Assembly (NCBI GenBank): GCA_044225505.1
Contig: JBGAIN010000086.1
Coordinates: 1-33,519 of the forward strand
DNA from: Limisphaerales bacterium
Lineage (GTDB): Bacteria; Verrucomicrobiota; Verrucomicrobiia; Limisphaerales; SIBE01
Reading direction: 5' to 3'
Length of the DNA stretch: 33,519 bases
This document shows positions 17,133 to 27,342 of the stretch, piece by piece. The translations under genes were made by a program, and so were the position numbers. The notes beneath the pieces are model-generated. The model worked only from the letters and a program-made list of their open reading frames with translations, was not told the DNA's origin and ran no database searches. Position 1 is the stretch's first letter. Each line of letters starts with the position of its first letter.

Positions 17133-19016
17133 ATGACATCGAAATCTGCTGTCCGAAGTGCGCTGACCTGGATAACGATGGGTCCAATTTGTGCCTTGTT
17201 CGCGCTTCTGCTTTCTAGCCTCAGTGTCATGGGCAACTCGCCCGGCGGGCGTTTGGTGGTTTGGGATACAGGCGTTCCTCTGAGCGCCACCAAACCCGCC
17301 AGCCAAACATCCGATTGGCTGGCAGTTCCGAGCGATCTGCTCCAGCTCGAAAAAGACCCAGCGAAAGCGAGTTCTGATCCGGGCTATTACGGTCGTGACT
17401 ATTCGTTTCAAGGTGACGCCGTCGTGGAGAACCGCCACCTCACCGCGTTGTTCAGGTCGGCGGCTGGAAGGGTCACCGTGTTGCGGAAGGCCGCGGCGAC
17501 AACCACGGGATCCCAGCCGTCAGACGCTCGACTTGGCGACGAGATCTTGGAGTTGGCACCTCTGAACGGTTCGGCGGCGCCCAGTCGGATCAAGCAATGT
17601 AACCTGGTCCGCCACGCCGGGGATGAGGTCGTTTTGGACGTCGTCTTCACGGCCGGGAAGTTGGAAGAAACCACCGTGCAATTCTGCTTTGGTCGATCCG
17701 AGATAGTTCAGATCAAACCGTTGAGCGGAGCCAAAGGAATGCAAGTGTTTAGCCCTGTGGAATTTGCCGTCGCCCCTTATTATGTGGGTGATGATCTGAT
17801 ATTCGGGAGTGACGCGTATGCCAAGCAAAGTGTCCTACACCTGCCCGTCGAACAAACCCTGCTCAGTCTGGTGCGAGGTGAAAATCTCCAATGGGTGATG
17901 ACTTGGCCAAAAGGTAAACAGCAGGTTCGATTGGTATCGCAAGGGGCCGTCGGTGAGAAGCGTCGCACGGATCTGATTGAGTTTGAGTCGGATGGCCAAA
18001 GCTTTTTCCTCGCTCCACTGACCGCTCCGGGGATCTGGCATCTCGAGAAACTATCCGCTACGCAGTTGGAGAAAGACTTCAAGGCTACGTGGAAAAGACC
18101 CTTCCCGGCCCGGTGGAAAACTCAACTTTGGGAAGAAAACGTTAGAACCACCTTTGCGTTCAAAGAGAGTAAGGCACAGATATGGAGAGGCGTGCCTGGA
18201 TCCTATTCCTATCCCGTCTGGTTTGATGGGGACGCTGCGTTTTATCGGTTGAGCAAGAAAGTCCCGCCGAAAGGTGAGTCCCTCATTTACTTTCTGGAAG
18301 GCTCAAGCACACCGGACGACGTCACCACCCCGGTCGACGTAGTTCGATCCACACTTGGCCGCACCGAGGCAGAGGCACTCCTTGATACCAACGGAAGGAA
18401 GTTGAGGACCCATCATCGGCGCGGTGGTTCCGGTGTCCGCCGAGCGTGCACTTGCGGTTGCACGGAGTTCATCCAAGCGATCTTTGAGAGTGGCGAAGAA
18501 GTGCAGCGGAAGGCCGAAATCAAGGACGCGCTCGATGATATGAATTTCTTCGTTGAGCAGCATGTGGCCCGGATCGATGAATACAAGAAATTCGCCGAGC
18601 AAATGCGGGCGTTCCTGCGCCAGGCAGCAAGTGCAAGCCCTGAACTCAAACCATTTCTCGACGAGGTTGTTCAAATTCCAGACCAGATCCTGCAGGAATA
18701 CGAGGTGCAAAAGGAGAATATGAAATCGCATGCGCACGCCCAGGATTTAACCCGGCAGACTCTGGCACTGGCGGAAAAGAAAGCGCCGAATAACGTCAAA
18801 GATTACATGGAGCTCTTGAAAGCTTGGCGCGCGATGGGAGGCGCTCAGGATTACATTGTGGCACAGTGTCATACCTTGACTCGGAAACTCGCACAGACCG
18901 CGGGCTATCTGGGAGTGTCGGACGCTAAAACGGCCGGGTTCGCGCGAGAAATCGGCGAGCGTTGCCGCCGATGTTTGCGCAATCCAGATGGCTACGAAAT
19001 CTGGGCAAACTATTGA
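17133..19016 (+). CDS. Exported hypothetical protein with a Cys-motif helical C-terminal region
   Basis: Long ORF; hydrophobic signal-like segment (ICALFALLLSSLSVMG); beta-rich N-half, helical C-third with CTCGC, QCH and CRRC. Start uncertain (17133 or 17178). Confidence 0.8.
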   Translation: MTSKSAVRSALTWITMGPICALFALLLSSLSVMGNSPGGRLVVWDTGVPLSATKPASQTSDWLAVPSDLLQLEKDPAKASSDPGYYGRDYSFQGDAVVENRHLTALFRSAAGRVTVLRKAAATTTGSQPSDARLGDEILELAPLNGSAAPSRIKQCNLVRHAGDEVVLDVVFTAGKLEETTVQFCFGRSEIVQIKPLSGAKGMQVFSPVEFAVAPYYVGDDLIFGSDAYAKQSVLHLPVEQTLLSLVRGENLQWVMTWPKGKQQVRLVSQGAVGEKRRTDLIEFESDGQSFFLAPLTAPGIWHLEKLSATQLEKDFKATWKRPFPARWKTQLWEENVRTTFAFKESKAQIWRGVPGSYSYPVWFDGDAAFYRLSKKVPPKGESLIYFLEGSSTPDDVTTPVDVVRSTLGRTEAEALLDTNGRKLRTHHRRGGSGVRRACTCGCTEFIQAIFESGEEVQRKAEIKDALDDMNFFVEQHVARIDEYKKFAEQMRAFLRQAASASPELKPFLDEVVQIPDQILQEYEVQKENMKSHAHAQDLTRQTLALAEKKAPNNVKDYMELLKAWRAMGGAQDYIVAQCHTLTRKLAQTAGYLGVSDAKTAGFAREIGERCRRCLRNPDGYEIWANY

Positions 19017-19042
19017 GGGCTCTATTGAACTCCTCATCTGTA

Positions 19043-19957
19043 ATGAAACTGAATCTTGGGTCCGTATCGCTAATCTGCGGAATCACCGCCATGCTCGTTA
19101 GTTGCGGGGAAAAACCGGCCGCACCTGGGCCCTCGAGTGCAGGGAACGCGGCGGTCGAAACACTGCCAATCGTTAAGGCGGAGACGACTGCCCCGCTCGC
19201 TAAAACACCTTTCGCGAACGAGCTCCTCGTCCTGATTCCTGCCGGTCGTTTCACGATGGGTGACTCCGAGGAATCCGACGCTAGCCCCCATGACGTCGTC
19301 ATGAGCGCATTTCTGATCGACCGGTACTTAGTCACACAGGAATTATATGAGCAGTTAATGGGTGAGAATCCGTCGCGCTGGAAAGGAAGTAAGAACCCGG
19401 TCGAGCAAGTCCGCTGGTCGGACGCCGTCAAGTTCTGTAACAAACGCTCGGAGAAGGAAGGCTTGGTACCCTGTTACGACCTGCAGACGTGGAAGTGCAA
19501 CTTCGAGGCCTCGGGATATCGCCTGCCCACGGAAGCAGAATGGGAGTACGCGTGTCGCGCCGGCACTCGCACGCCTTACTTTTTTGGGGATAACTCGGCA
19601 AAGCTCGGTGAGTACGCTTGGTTCGACAAAAATTCCGGAGGGCACCCTCAACCGGTCGGGTTGAAGAAGCCTAACCCTTGGGGACTTTACGACATGTCGG
19701 GGAATCTATGGCAATGGTGCAACGACTTTTACAAGGTCGATTATTACCCGCAATCGTCGGGGCCTGATCCGAAGGGGCCGGCAGAGGGCGAAACCAAGGT
19801 GGTTCGCGGAGGCGCATGGAGGGCTGGAGCGGAGAATTGTCGGTCAGGGTATCGCTACAATGAGAATCCTGGCTATGCGGACGTTTGTTTTGGTTACGAT
19901 ATTTATGGGTTCCGCTGCGTGCGCAAAGCACCCGCTAGCTCGTCCAATGGCGGTTGA
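19043..19957 (+). CDS. Lipoprotein with formylglycine-generating-enzyme (FGE-sulfatase/SUMF1) domain
   Basis: Lipobox LVSC; IPAGRFTMG, PVEQVRWSDA, YRLPTEAEWEYACRAG, NPWGLYDMSGN, VVRGGAW, GFRCVR. Confidence 0.9.
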   Translation: MKLNLGSVSLICGITAMLVSCGEKPAAPGPSSAGNAAVETLPIVKAETTAPLAKTPFANELLVLIPAGRFTMGDSEESDASPHDVVMSAFLIDRYLVTQELYEQLMGENPSRWKGSKNPVEQVRWSDAVKFCNKRSEKEGLVPCYDLQTWKCNFEASGYRLPTEAEWEYACRAGTRTPYFFGDNSAKLGEYAWFDKNSGGHPQPVGLKKPNPWGLYDMSGNLWQWCNDFYKVDYYPQSSGPDPKGPAEGETKVVRGGAWRAGAENCRSGYRYNENPGYADVCFGYDIYGFRCVRKAPASSSNGG

Positions 19958-20062
19958 GGTCGTTCCCGGTCTAGACTGGGGCCGGAGTGACTCTCCTGGT
20001 TGACGACCGCGCCATATCCCAATTGACGTGGCCAAGTTGCTGGAGTCGAAAAGGCCATGGTA

Positions 20063-20079
20063 TTGGCTTCGTTCTTGCT
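20063..20079 (+). promoter_or_regulatory. Sigma-54 (-24/-12) promoter
   Basis: TTGGCTTCGTTCTTGCT = TGGC...TTGCW with GG-N10-GC spacing, ending 30 nt before ATG 20109. Confidence 0.6.
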
Positions 20080-20108
20080 CAATTAGCTCTATTTTTACGT
20101 CTCAACAC

Positions 20109-23100
20109 ATGGCGTCGCGTCGAATTACTCTTTGGGCCTTACTTTGCGCCGGTTTTTTTCATCTGGCGCAAGGCGTCGCGGTCGGCGCCATCCCGCCCGT
20201 ACTTCTCAGCGAAGTGATGTATCACCCCGAGTCGGGAGACCTTCGAGAAAACTTCGTTGAACTCACGAGCCTTGGGAGCGCTTCGGTCGACTTGTCTGGT
20301 TGGCAGCTAACGGATGGAATGAACTATCGGTTCCCGGCCGGAACGGTCCTAGCCGGGGGTGGACAATTGGTCGTTGCCGCGGATTTAGAGCTCTTCCACC
20401 TCAAGCATCCGGGAGTGACGAATGTCGTCGCGGGCTGGGACGGCGCGATTCGTTCTCATCTGCAGCTTCGCGACGCGACGGGGAACGTGGTGAACGAAGT
20501 GAACTATTCGACCGACGGCGACTGGGCCGAGCGCGTTCTGACGCTTGAAGGCTTCGCTTCCTACGGTCATTTGGGTTGGGAATGGGTTGCCGGGCACGAT
20601 GGGCGAGGCCGGTCTCTGGAGCTGATAAACCCGAGATTACCCAACACAGCGGCCCAGAATTGGGGATCGAGCATTAACCCTGGTGGAACACCAGGCCAGC
20701 CCAATTCAATCGCACAATCCAACGTACCCCCTCTGATCTTGAACGTGGCCCATACGCCTGCGGTGCCGCGCTCGACGGATCCTGTGGCGATCTCCGGGCG
20801 TGTCGTGAGCGAGGCAATGAATGGAGTCAAGGCGAGGTTGTTCTTTCGGGATGCGAGCACGTTGACGCCTCCCCCGTTTGCCGACGTCCCCATGGAAGAT
20901 GACGGATTGCATGGCGACGGACTGGCGGGCGATGGCATTTACGGGGCGGTCTTGCCTCCACAGTCTGCTGGAACCGTGGTTGAGTTTTACATCCAGGCGT
21001 CCGACGCGGCCGGTCGAACAAGAACCTACCCCGTGTTCACTCCGTCGTCCTCATCGCCGCGCACGGCAAACCTTCTCTATCAGGTGGACGATGGCGTTTA
21101 TGCCGGGGCTCAACCCCTCTATCGGATTATCATGACGGAAATCGAAAGACTGGAGCTTTACCGGCTTGCCCGGGGCTGCGGAGGGGCGAACTCGGATGCG
21201 GCCATGGACAGCGACGCTCAGATGAATGCAACTTGGGTTTCGACACAGTCTGGCGGAAGTGTGGGCGCTAATACCCAGGTGCGTTATAATGTCGGGGTTA
21301 GAAACCGGGGCCATGGATCCCGAGCTTCCAATCCGAACAACTACCACATCAACATTCCCGGCGATCGTTCCTGGAAGCGGGTCACCGGAATCAACTTAAA
21401 CTCGCAGTATGCCTATTCGCAGGTCCTCGCGAGTGCGATCTTTCGACGTCTTGGAATCCCGATGGCCGAGTCTCAGGCGGTGCAGGTGCGAGTGAATAGT
21501 ACGAATTTGATGAGTCTAAGCGGATTGCCAGATAATAACTCCTTCGGTTCCTATGCGGCCAATGAACAGTACAATGGTGATTTTATTGCACGTGCCTTCC
21601 CGTTGGATCCATATGGAATTTCCTACCGCGGCATCCGCGATCAAGCCAGTTGTGACCCTTCGCGAAATTCCGTGGCCGACTTGGCGTGGCGTGGCCCTGA
21701 TTTTAAAACGGCGGTTTATACCAACGCATATTTTCAACAAAACAACTTCCACATCGATGGAGGTCCACCGTTGCTGGATCTGATCGCCGTTCTGAACAGT
21801 ACGAATGGCTATTCGGCGGAGAACTATGTCTCCGATGTGCGGGACCGGGTGAATGTTGCGCAGTGGATGAAATTTTTCGCAGTGAACACCCTCCTTGATA
21901 ATACCGAAACCTCCATAGCGTCGGGAGCGGGCGACGATTACGCCCTGTACCGGGGAGCTCTCGATCAACAGTTTCAACTGTTGCCGTATGATCTCGATAG
22001 CGTTATGGGAAGAGGCCTCACGAGTATCCCTCCGACGCACAGCCTTTTTCGCATGACCGCGTTGCCAGTGATGGAGCGATTTATGAGGACACCGGCGTTC
22101 GCTCCAGTTTACTTCGCTTGGCTTCGGAATCTGGGGGAGACGGCTTTCTCTCCAGCCGAGCTGAATCCCGTGATCGATCAAGTCCTGGGAGATTACGTGC
22201 CAACGACCGTCAGCTCCAATTTGAAGACTTTTAATGCAGCTCATGTCCGAAACGTCCTCTCACAAATTCCAAATACTCTGAGTGTTTCGAACAGTCTGCC
22301 CATTCAAGACGGATGGCCTCGGACGTCGGTGGGGTCTGTTCCGCTTGTCGGGAGAGCAGACGCGGTTCGAACGCGACGAGTCCTGATCAATGGTTCGCCG
22401 GCCACATGGGTCGCCTGGCGAGCTGAATGGACTGCGGATGCCGTTTTGCTCCAACCCGGTCTCAACCGATTACTGATCCAGGCCTTGGACGAAGCAGATC
22501 ATCCTTTCGACGTCACGGTCTTCGAAGTATGGTTTGACGACGGAAACGTGGAGATGGTCGGCGGACTCCTCCTTGAAAACACTACTTGGACGCCCGCGGG
22601 CGGCCCTTATCAACTGACCTCAAACCTGACCGTGGCGTCGAATATCACATTGACGGTGGCGGCAGGGACCTCCGTTTACCTCGGGCCAGAGGTGAGTTTG
22701 GTGGTCGCGCCGGGCGGTCGGATTCTAGCGGAAGGGACGGCGACAGCTCCGATTCGGTTTGCAGCGGTTCCTGGAGCTGCCGCTTGGGGGAACCTTAGAA
22801 TCAACGGCTCGGCAGGCTCACAGGAATCGAGGATTTCCTACGCCCACATCGATGGCAATGGAACAACGGCTATTGTCGTTAGTGATGGCGCCCTGACGTT
22901 GACGCAGACGTCATTTGGCACCACGAGCAAGCCGTATCTTTCCTTGGATCGCAGCTCGTTCCTAATTAGCCGCTGTTACTTCCCGTCGACGACAGCCGCC
23001 TTTGAACCCGTGCACGGCACGGGGGGCGTTAGGTCCGGCGGCCGTGGTGTCATTCGGGAGTGTTTCTTTGGATCGACCTCCGGCTATAACGATGTCGTCG

Positions 23101-26100
23101 ATTTCACGGGCGGTAATCGCGAGCTCAACGAACCAATTGTTCAGTTTTTTGACAATGTCTTTGTCGGTGGTGGCGATGACCTCCTCGATCTGGACGGCAC
23201 GGACGCTTGGATCGAAGGAAATATCTTCCTCCACATTCATAAGAACGGGGCTCCTGATAGCTCCAGCGCGGTTTCCGGTGGGGATTCGGGAGGGCGGACA
23301 TCCGAATTGACGTTAGTCAGAAATTTATTCTACGACTGCGACCAGGCCGCCACGGCGAAGCAAGGGAATTTCTACGTCCTCCTGAACAACACGATCGTTC
23401 GGACCACTCGGACAGGCGGCACCGATAGCGAATCCGGCGTGATCAACATGCGAGATGTCGATCCGGGTCCACCGACCACTTTTGGCGCGGGAATGTACCT
23501 GGAGGGTAACATTATCGTGGATGCCGAGCAATTGGTTCGCAATTACGATCCGGCACAGACTTCGGTGACTCTTTCCAATAACCTTCTCTCAGAACCTTGG
23601 TCTGGACCTGGAGGAGGGAACCTGGTCGCCAATCCATTGCTACGTCACATCCCAACGTTGGCCGAGACTCAGTTTACCAATTGGACCGATGCTCAGATTC
23701 TCCGACAATGGTTTGGTCTGTTGCCCGGTTCGCCGGGCCGAGGCACTGGGCCGAACGGGAATGATCAAGGCGGGGTTGTGCCTGATGGAGCCACGATTTC
23801 GGGTGAGCCCCCGGAGATCACGCCGCTTTCAGACGCTACCCTATCGGTCGGAGTGACTCGTTCGGGCGGTGGCATTCCAGCAACAGGGTGGCCCCAGGGG
23901 GCAGGGTATACCCACTATCGGTGGAGATTGGATGGAGGGGCGTGGAGCACTGAAATCCCCACCGTATTACCCATAGAACTACACGGACTGGCAAAGGGGC
24001 CACATCGCGTTGACGTGTCCGGTAAGCTCGATTCCGGGTTCTATCAAGATTCGTCCGAGCTTGGCGCCGATCTGCTCCTATCAAGTTCAAAAACTTGGAC
24101 GGTTGATCCGGCCTTCCATCCTTCAACCCTGCCCACAATTCGCATCAACGAAGTCTTAGCTCTGAATTCGGGAACACTCTCCAACGGAATCACGACCCCG
24201 GATGTTATTGAGCTCCACAATTTCGGCACGAACGACGTCTCCCTAGCGGGAACTGGCCTCTCGGACGACGCCCTGGCGCCGTACAAGTTCGTGTTCCCAA
24301 CGGAGACTCCCAAACTTGGCCCTGGAGACTATTTAATCGTTTTCGCCGATGCCGCGTCGAGCCAGCCCCAACCTGGCGTCCATTTAGGATTCGGTCTGAA
24401 CGCCAACGGCGACAGCGTCTACCTGCATCAAGCCGTGTCGGACGGAGGACAGTTACTCGATGAGGTGCACTTTGGACTCCAGATCAGCGATTTAACGATA
24501 GGACGCGGATCCGATGGCGAGTGGACGCTTTGCTCGCCGACTTTAGGAAAGGCCAATATTCCAGCAATGCTCGGGCCTCCGTCGGATGTCCGAATCAACG
24601 AATGGTTAACGGACGCGATATTCGTGTACCCTTCTGATTTCCTGGAGCTCTACAATCGAGGGAGTTCGCCTGTCGCTTTGGGCGGACTACATCTTTCGAA
24701 CGCCGAGGGGGCTTTCGGACTTTTTGAGTTCGCTAAACTCAGTTTTATTGCTCCGGGGAATTACGTTGTGCTCCATGCGGACGCCGAGCCGGATAATGGC
24801 TCTGATCATCTGAATTTTAAACTCAGTCCCAACGGCGGCGTCTTGGCACTTTCGGATCCGGCGCTCCGCCCCTTGGACATTGTCAGCTATGGTCCGCAGC
24901 GCGCGGATGTGGCGGAAGGACGGACGCCGAGCGGAGCGGATTCGATCGCACTCCTGAGATTCGTAACCCCGGGTGGTCCTAATCCCAATCCCGCGGGCGG
25001 GACCGTCAACGTCACGAATCTCGTAACGACGACTCAGCCGCTGGTTGCGATCACAAACCAATGGAGATTCGATAATTCCGGAGCGGACCTTGGCACGGCG
25101 TGGACTCAGCCAACCTACGACGATTCGCTGTGGTCGGTGGGAGTCGGGCTTTTCGGACACGAATCGACACCGTTGGAATATCCTTATCCCTTTGCAACGT
25201 TCATTCCTGCGCCGGACCAAGTCAGCGGACACATCACGTTTTACTTGCGAACTCATTTTAACTGGGACGGGAGCGCTTCAGCCATCACGCTGGTGGCGAC
25301 TAACTTCGTTGATGATGGCGCGGTGATTTACTTGAATGGCGTGCGAGTCGGTGCGTTGCGTATGCCAAACACCGTTACCTATTCTACCACCGCCTCGAAC
25401 CAACCGAACGAGGGTGTCGCCGAGATTCTTACTCTCCAAGGATCCCCTTTTCCGGGCGACAATGTGATTGCCGTGGAAGTACATCAGGCCAACAGCAATA
25501 GTTCAGATTTGGCGTTCGGGTTAGAGCTGAGCGCCGTTCAGACGAGCACCAACGTCGTGACGAGTATTATCCCTGGAATTCCTATAGTTTTAAACGAAGT
25601 GTCGGCTGGCAAAGCGGCACTGGCCAATTTAACTGACGGCACCACAGATTGGCTTGAACTGTTCAATCCTTCTACCAATGCCGTGGCGTTGCGGGATGTA
25701 AGCTTGAGTGATGATCCGACCTCTCCGCGGAAGTGGTCCTTTTCGTCAGGCGCAATGATTGCCGCAGGCGGGTATCAATGGATTGCCTGCGATGGGAGCG
25801 CTCCAGCGAGCGATAACAACACCGGATTCGCGTTGAACGCCGCTGGTGGCGCGCTTTTTCTCTATGAAGCGCGCAGTAATAACGTCGGTTTAATCGACAG
25901 CGTCACTTACGGTCTGCAGACCCCAGAATTCTCTGTTGGCCGCTCTCCCGACGGCGCCGAAACTTGGAATTTGACTCAGCCAACACCCGGTACGACTAAC
26001 ATTGTCGTGGCGCTAGGCTCTCTCGACAGCCTGGCGATCAATGAGTGGATGGCTGACCCAGATTCGGGAAGTGATTGGTTCGAATTGCTGAATTTTGGAG

Positions 26101-26825
26101 CTCGTCCGCTTGCGTTGGGAGGGCTCTATTTGACGGGTGATTTAACCAAGCCGACTGGAAGTCTCATTCCCCCGCTATCGTTTATTGGATCTGGAGCTGC
26201 CGGCTTTATCCAGTTTGTTGCGGACAACAATCCGAGCGCCGGTCCGCGGCACGTGCCGTTCAAACTGAACAAAGGCGGCGAGTCGATCGGAGTTTACTCA
26301 TCCGAAGGCACTTTAATCACAGCGGTCACGTTCGGATCTCAGCAACATAACGTCTCGGAGGGGAGGTTTCCCGACGGCTCAACGAACATCGTTCGCTTTC
26401 CAGTCGCGACTCCGGCTCGCTCCAACGTGTTGACGGACGCCAATGGAGACGGTCTTCCGGACGACTGGCAGTCACGCTATTTCGACGGGCCTTCCGATCC
26501 TCATTCGGCGCCGGGCGCTGACCCAGACGACGACGGGTTGACCAACCGCGAGGAGTATATTGCCGGAACCGATCCAACCGATCGTGAGAGTTCAGTGCAG
26601 CTGCAAGTAGCGAACATCGCTCCGGATAAGGTGACCCTCCAGTTCAAGGCCACGGCGGGGCGCGATTACAGAGTGTTTTACCGCACAGATCTAACTGCAG
26701 GCGAGTGGGTCAAACTCGCGGATATTCCGTCCCGCCTCGCCACAACGTTGGTGAGCGTTGACGATGATTCCCAACCCGTATCGAGCGTGAAGTTCTACCA
26801 ACTCGTCGTATCGCCTGCCCCGTGA
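20109..26825 (+). CDS. Giant exported protein: multiple lamin-tail domains, CotH-like kinase domain, right-handed beta-helix, Asp-rich Ca-binding repeats
   Basis: Signal peptide MASRRITLWALL...; about five LTD starts (LSEVMYHP, INEVLALN, INEWLTD, LNEVSAG, INEWMAD, each followed by a [DN]xxELx motif); DDGLHGDGLAGDGIY; CotH-like RNRGHGSR...DDYALY...LPYDLD; DDLLDLDG beta-helix; DANGDGLPDDWQ and DPDDDGLTNREEY. Confidence 0.88.
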   Translation: MASRRITLWALLCAGFFHLAQGVAVGAIPPVLLSEVMYHPESGDLRENFVELTSLGSASVDLSGWQLTDGMNYRFPAGTVLAGGGQLVVAADLELFHLKHPGVTNVVAGWDGAIRSHLQLRDATGNVVNEVNYSTDGDWAERVLTLEGFASYGHLGWEWVAGHDGRGRSLELINPRLPNTAAQNWGSSINPGGTPGQPNSIAQSNVPPLILNVAHTPAVPRSTDPVAISGRVVSEAMNGVKARLFFRDASTLTPPPFADVPMEDDGLHGDGLAGDGIYGAVLPPQSAGTVVEFYIQASDAAGRTRTYPVFTPSSSSPRTANLLYQVDDGVYAGAQPLYRIIMTEIERLELYRLARGCGGANSDAAMDSDAQMNATWVSTQSGGSVGANTQVRYNVGVRNRGHGSRASNPNNYHINIPGDRSWKRVTGINLNSQYAYSQVLASAIFRRLGIPMAESQAVQVRVNSTNLMSLSGLPDNNSFGSYAANEQYNGDFIARAFPLDPYGISYRGIRDQASCDPSRNSVADLAWRGPDFKTAVYTNAYFQQNNFHIDGGPPLLDLIAVLNSTNGYSAENYVSDVRDRVNVAQWMKFFAVNTLLDNTETSIASGAGDDYALYRGALDQQFQLLPYDLDSVMGRGLTSIPPTHSLFRMTALPVMERFMRTPAFAPVYFAWLRNLGETAFSPAELNPVIDQVLGDYVPTTVSSNLKTFNAAHVRNVLSQIPNTLSVSNSLPIQDGWPRTSVGSVPLVGRADAVRTRRVLINGSPATWVAWRAEWTADAVLLQPGLNRLLIQALDEADHPFDVTVFEVWFDDGNVEMVGGLLLENTTWTPAGGPYQLTSNLTVASNITLTVAAGTSVYLGPEVSLVVAPGGRILAEGTATAPIRFAAVPGAAAWGNLRINGSAGSQESRISYAHIDGNGTTAIVVSDGALTLTQTSFGTTSKPYLSLDRSSFLISRCYFPSTTAAFEPVHGTGGVRSGGRGVIRECFFGSTSGYNDVVDFTGGNRELNEPIVQFFDNVFVGGGDDLLDLDGTDAWIEGNIFLHIHKNGAPDSSSAVSGGDSGGRTSELTLVRNLFYDCDQAATAKQGNFYVLLNNTIVRTTRTGGTDSESGVINMRDVDPGPPTTFGAGMYLEGNIIVDAEQLVRNYDPAQTSVTLSNNLLSEPWSGPGGGNLVANPLLRHIPTLAETQFTNWTDAQILRQWFGLLPGSPGRGTGPNGNDQGGVVPDGATISGEPPEITPLSDATLSVGVTRSGGGIPATGWPQGAGYTHYRWRLDGGAWSTEIPTVLPIELHGLAKGPHRVDVSGKLDSGFYQDSSELGADLLLSSSKTWTVDPAFHPSTLPTIRINEVLALNSGTLSNGITTPDVIELHNFGTNDVSLAGTGLSDDALAPYKFVFPTETPKLGPGDYLIVFADAASSQPQPGVHLGFGLNANGDSVYLHQAVSDGGQLLDEVHFGLQISDLTIGRGSDGEWTLCSPTLGKANIPAMLGPPSDVRINEWLTDAIFVYPSDFLELYNRGSSPVALGGLHLSNAEGAFGLFEFAKLSFIAPGNYVVLHADAEPDNGSDHLNFKLSPNGGVLALSDPALRPLDIVSYGPQRADVAEGRTPSGADSIALLRFVTPGGPNPNPAGGTVNVTNLVTTTQPLVAITNQWRFDNSGADLGTAWTQPTYDDSLWSVGVGLFGHESTPLEYPYPFATFIPAPDQVSGHITFYLRTHFNWDGSASAITLVATNFVDDGAVIYLNGVRVGALRMPNTVTYSTTASNQPNEGVAEILTLQGSPFPGDNVIAVEVHQANSNSSDLAFGLELSAVQTSTNVVTSIIPGIPIVLNEVSAGKAALANLTDGTTDWLELFNPSTNAVALRDVSLSDDPTSPRKWSFSSGAMIAAGGYQWIACDGSAPASDNNTGFALNAAGGALFLYEARSNNVGLIDSVTYGLQTPEFSVGRSPDGAETWNLTQPTPGTTNIVVALGSLDSLAINEWMADPDSGSDWFELLNFGARPLALGGLYLTGDLTKPTGSLIPPLSFIGSGAAGFIQFVADNNPSAGPRHVPFKLNKGGESIGVYSSEGTLITAVTFGSQQHNVSEGRFPDGSTNIVRFPVATPARSNVLTDANGDGLPDDWQSRYFDGPSDPHSAPGADPDDDGLTNREEYIAGTDPTDRESSVQLQVANIAPDKVTLQFKATAGRDYRVFYRTDLTAGEWVKLADIPSRLATTLVSVDDDSQPVSSVKFYQLVVSPAP

Positions 26826-26889
26826 CGGCGAACGGCCGTGAATCGAGCGATCGTTCGGAGGCCTTTGGCGCACAATCGCGCTGCTCCGG

Positions 26890-27342
26890 TTAAGACGTTT
26901 TAACTCGCTCGTTCAGTTGGCGAAGGATGGTCTGCTTGTGGGAGTCGAACGAAAGCCGATTGAGTTGCGCTACAATAGCGTGTCGGGCGGGGTCACTAAA
27001 ACCAGGATTGGCAATTAAGGTCTGCAACAGTTCAACTTTGGAAGCATCGAAGGACAAGCACCGATAACCGACATTGACCAGGTGCACCTGAACGACTGGG
27101 CTGATCCCGGTTCGCTGTGCTACTTGGACTAGGGTCTCTTTCCGCCCAGAGTCAAAGTTGAGTGTGGATGCCGCATCGATCTCGGCAATCGTCGCTGCGT
27201 CTGCCGGAGTGAGTGGACCGGCAGGGAGGACGATCGGTGGAGCAGGTGGGGGTGCTGGCTTGTGGGAGCCGAAGCTTAAGTTGATGCAGCCGGTTAGCGG
27301 GAGGAGAGAGCCGAGAACGAGAAGCACAGACAGTGTTTTCAT
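26890..27342 (-). CDS. Lipoprotein with three SFD-type helical repeats
   Basis: MKTLSVLLVLGSLLPLTGC lipobox, Pro-rich linker, repeats LNFDSGRKETL / LSFDASKVELL / LSFDSHKQTIL. The start could be 27351 or 27390. Confidence 0.8.
   Translation of the reverse strand: MKTLSVLLVLGSLLPLTGCINLSFGSHKPAPPPAPPIVLPAGPLTPADAATIAEIDAASTLNFDSGRKETLVQVAQRTGISPVVQVHLVNVGYRCLSFDASKVELLQTLIANPGFSDPARHAIVAQLNRLSFDSHKQTILRQLNERVKTS

Noticed and set aside
19800..19930. FGE/C-type-lectin-fold C-terminus as the variable region of a diversity-generating retroelement
   Set aside because: I found no second copy (template repeat) and no reverse transcriptase in the window. A remote DGR is not excluded, but nothing here supports one.
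21516..22244. Long antisense ORFs (also 13429-14031, 28091-28771, 12504-13133, 15926-16519)
   Set aside because: They are shadows of well-supported genes in GC-rich DNA and carry no recognisable motifs.
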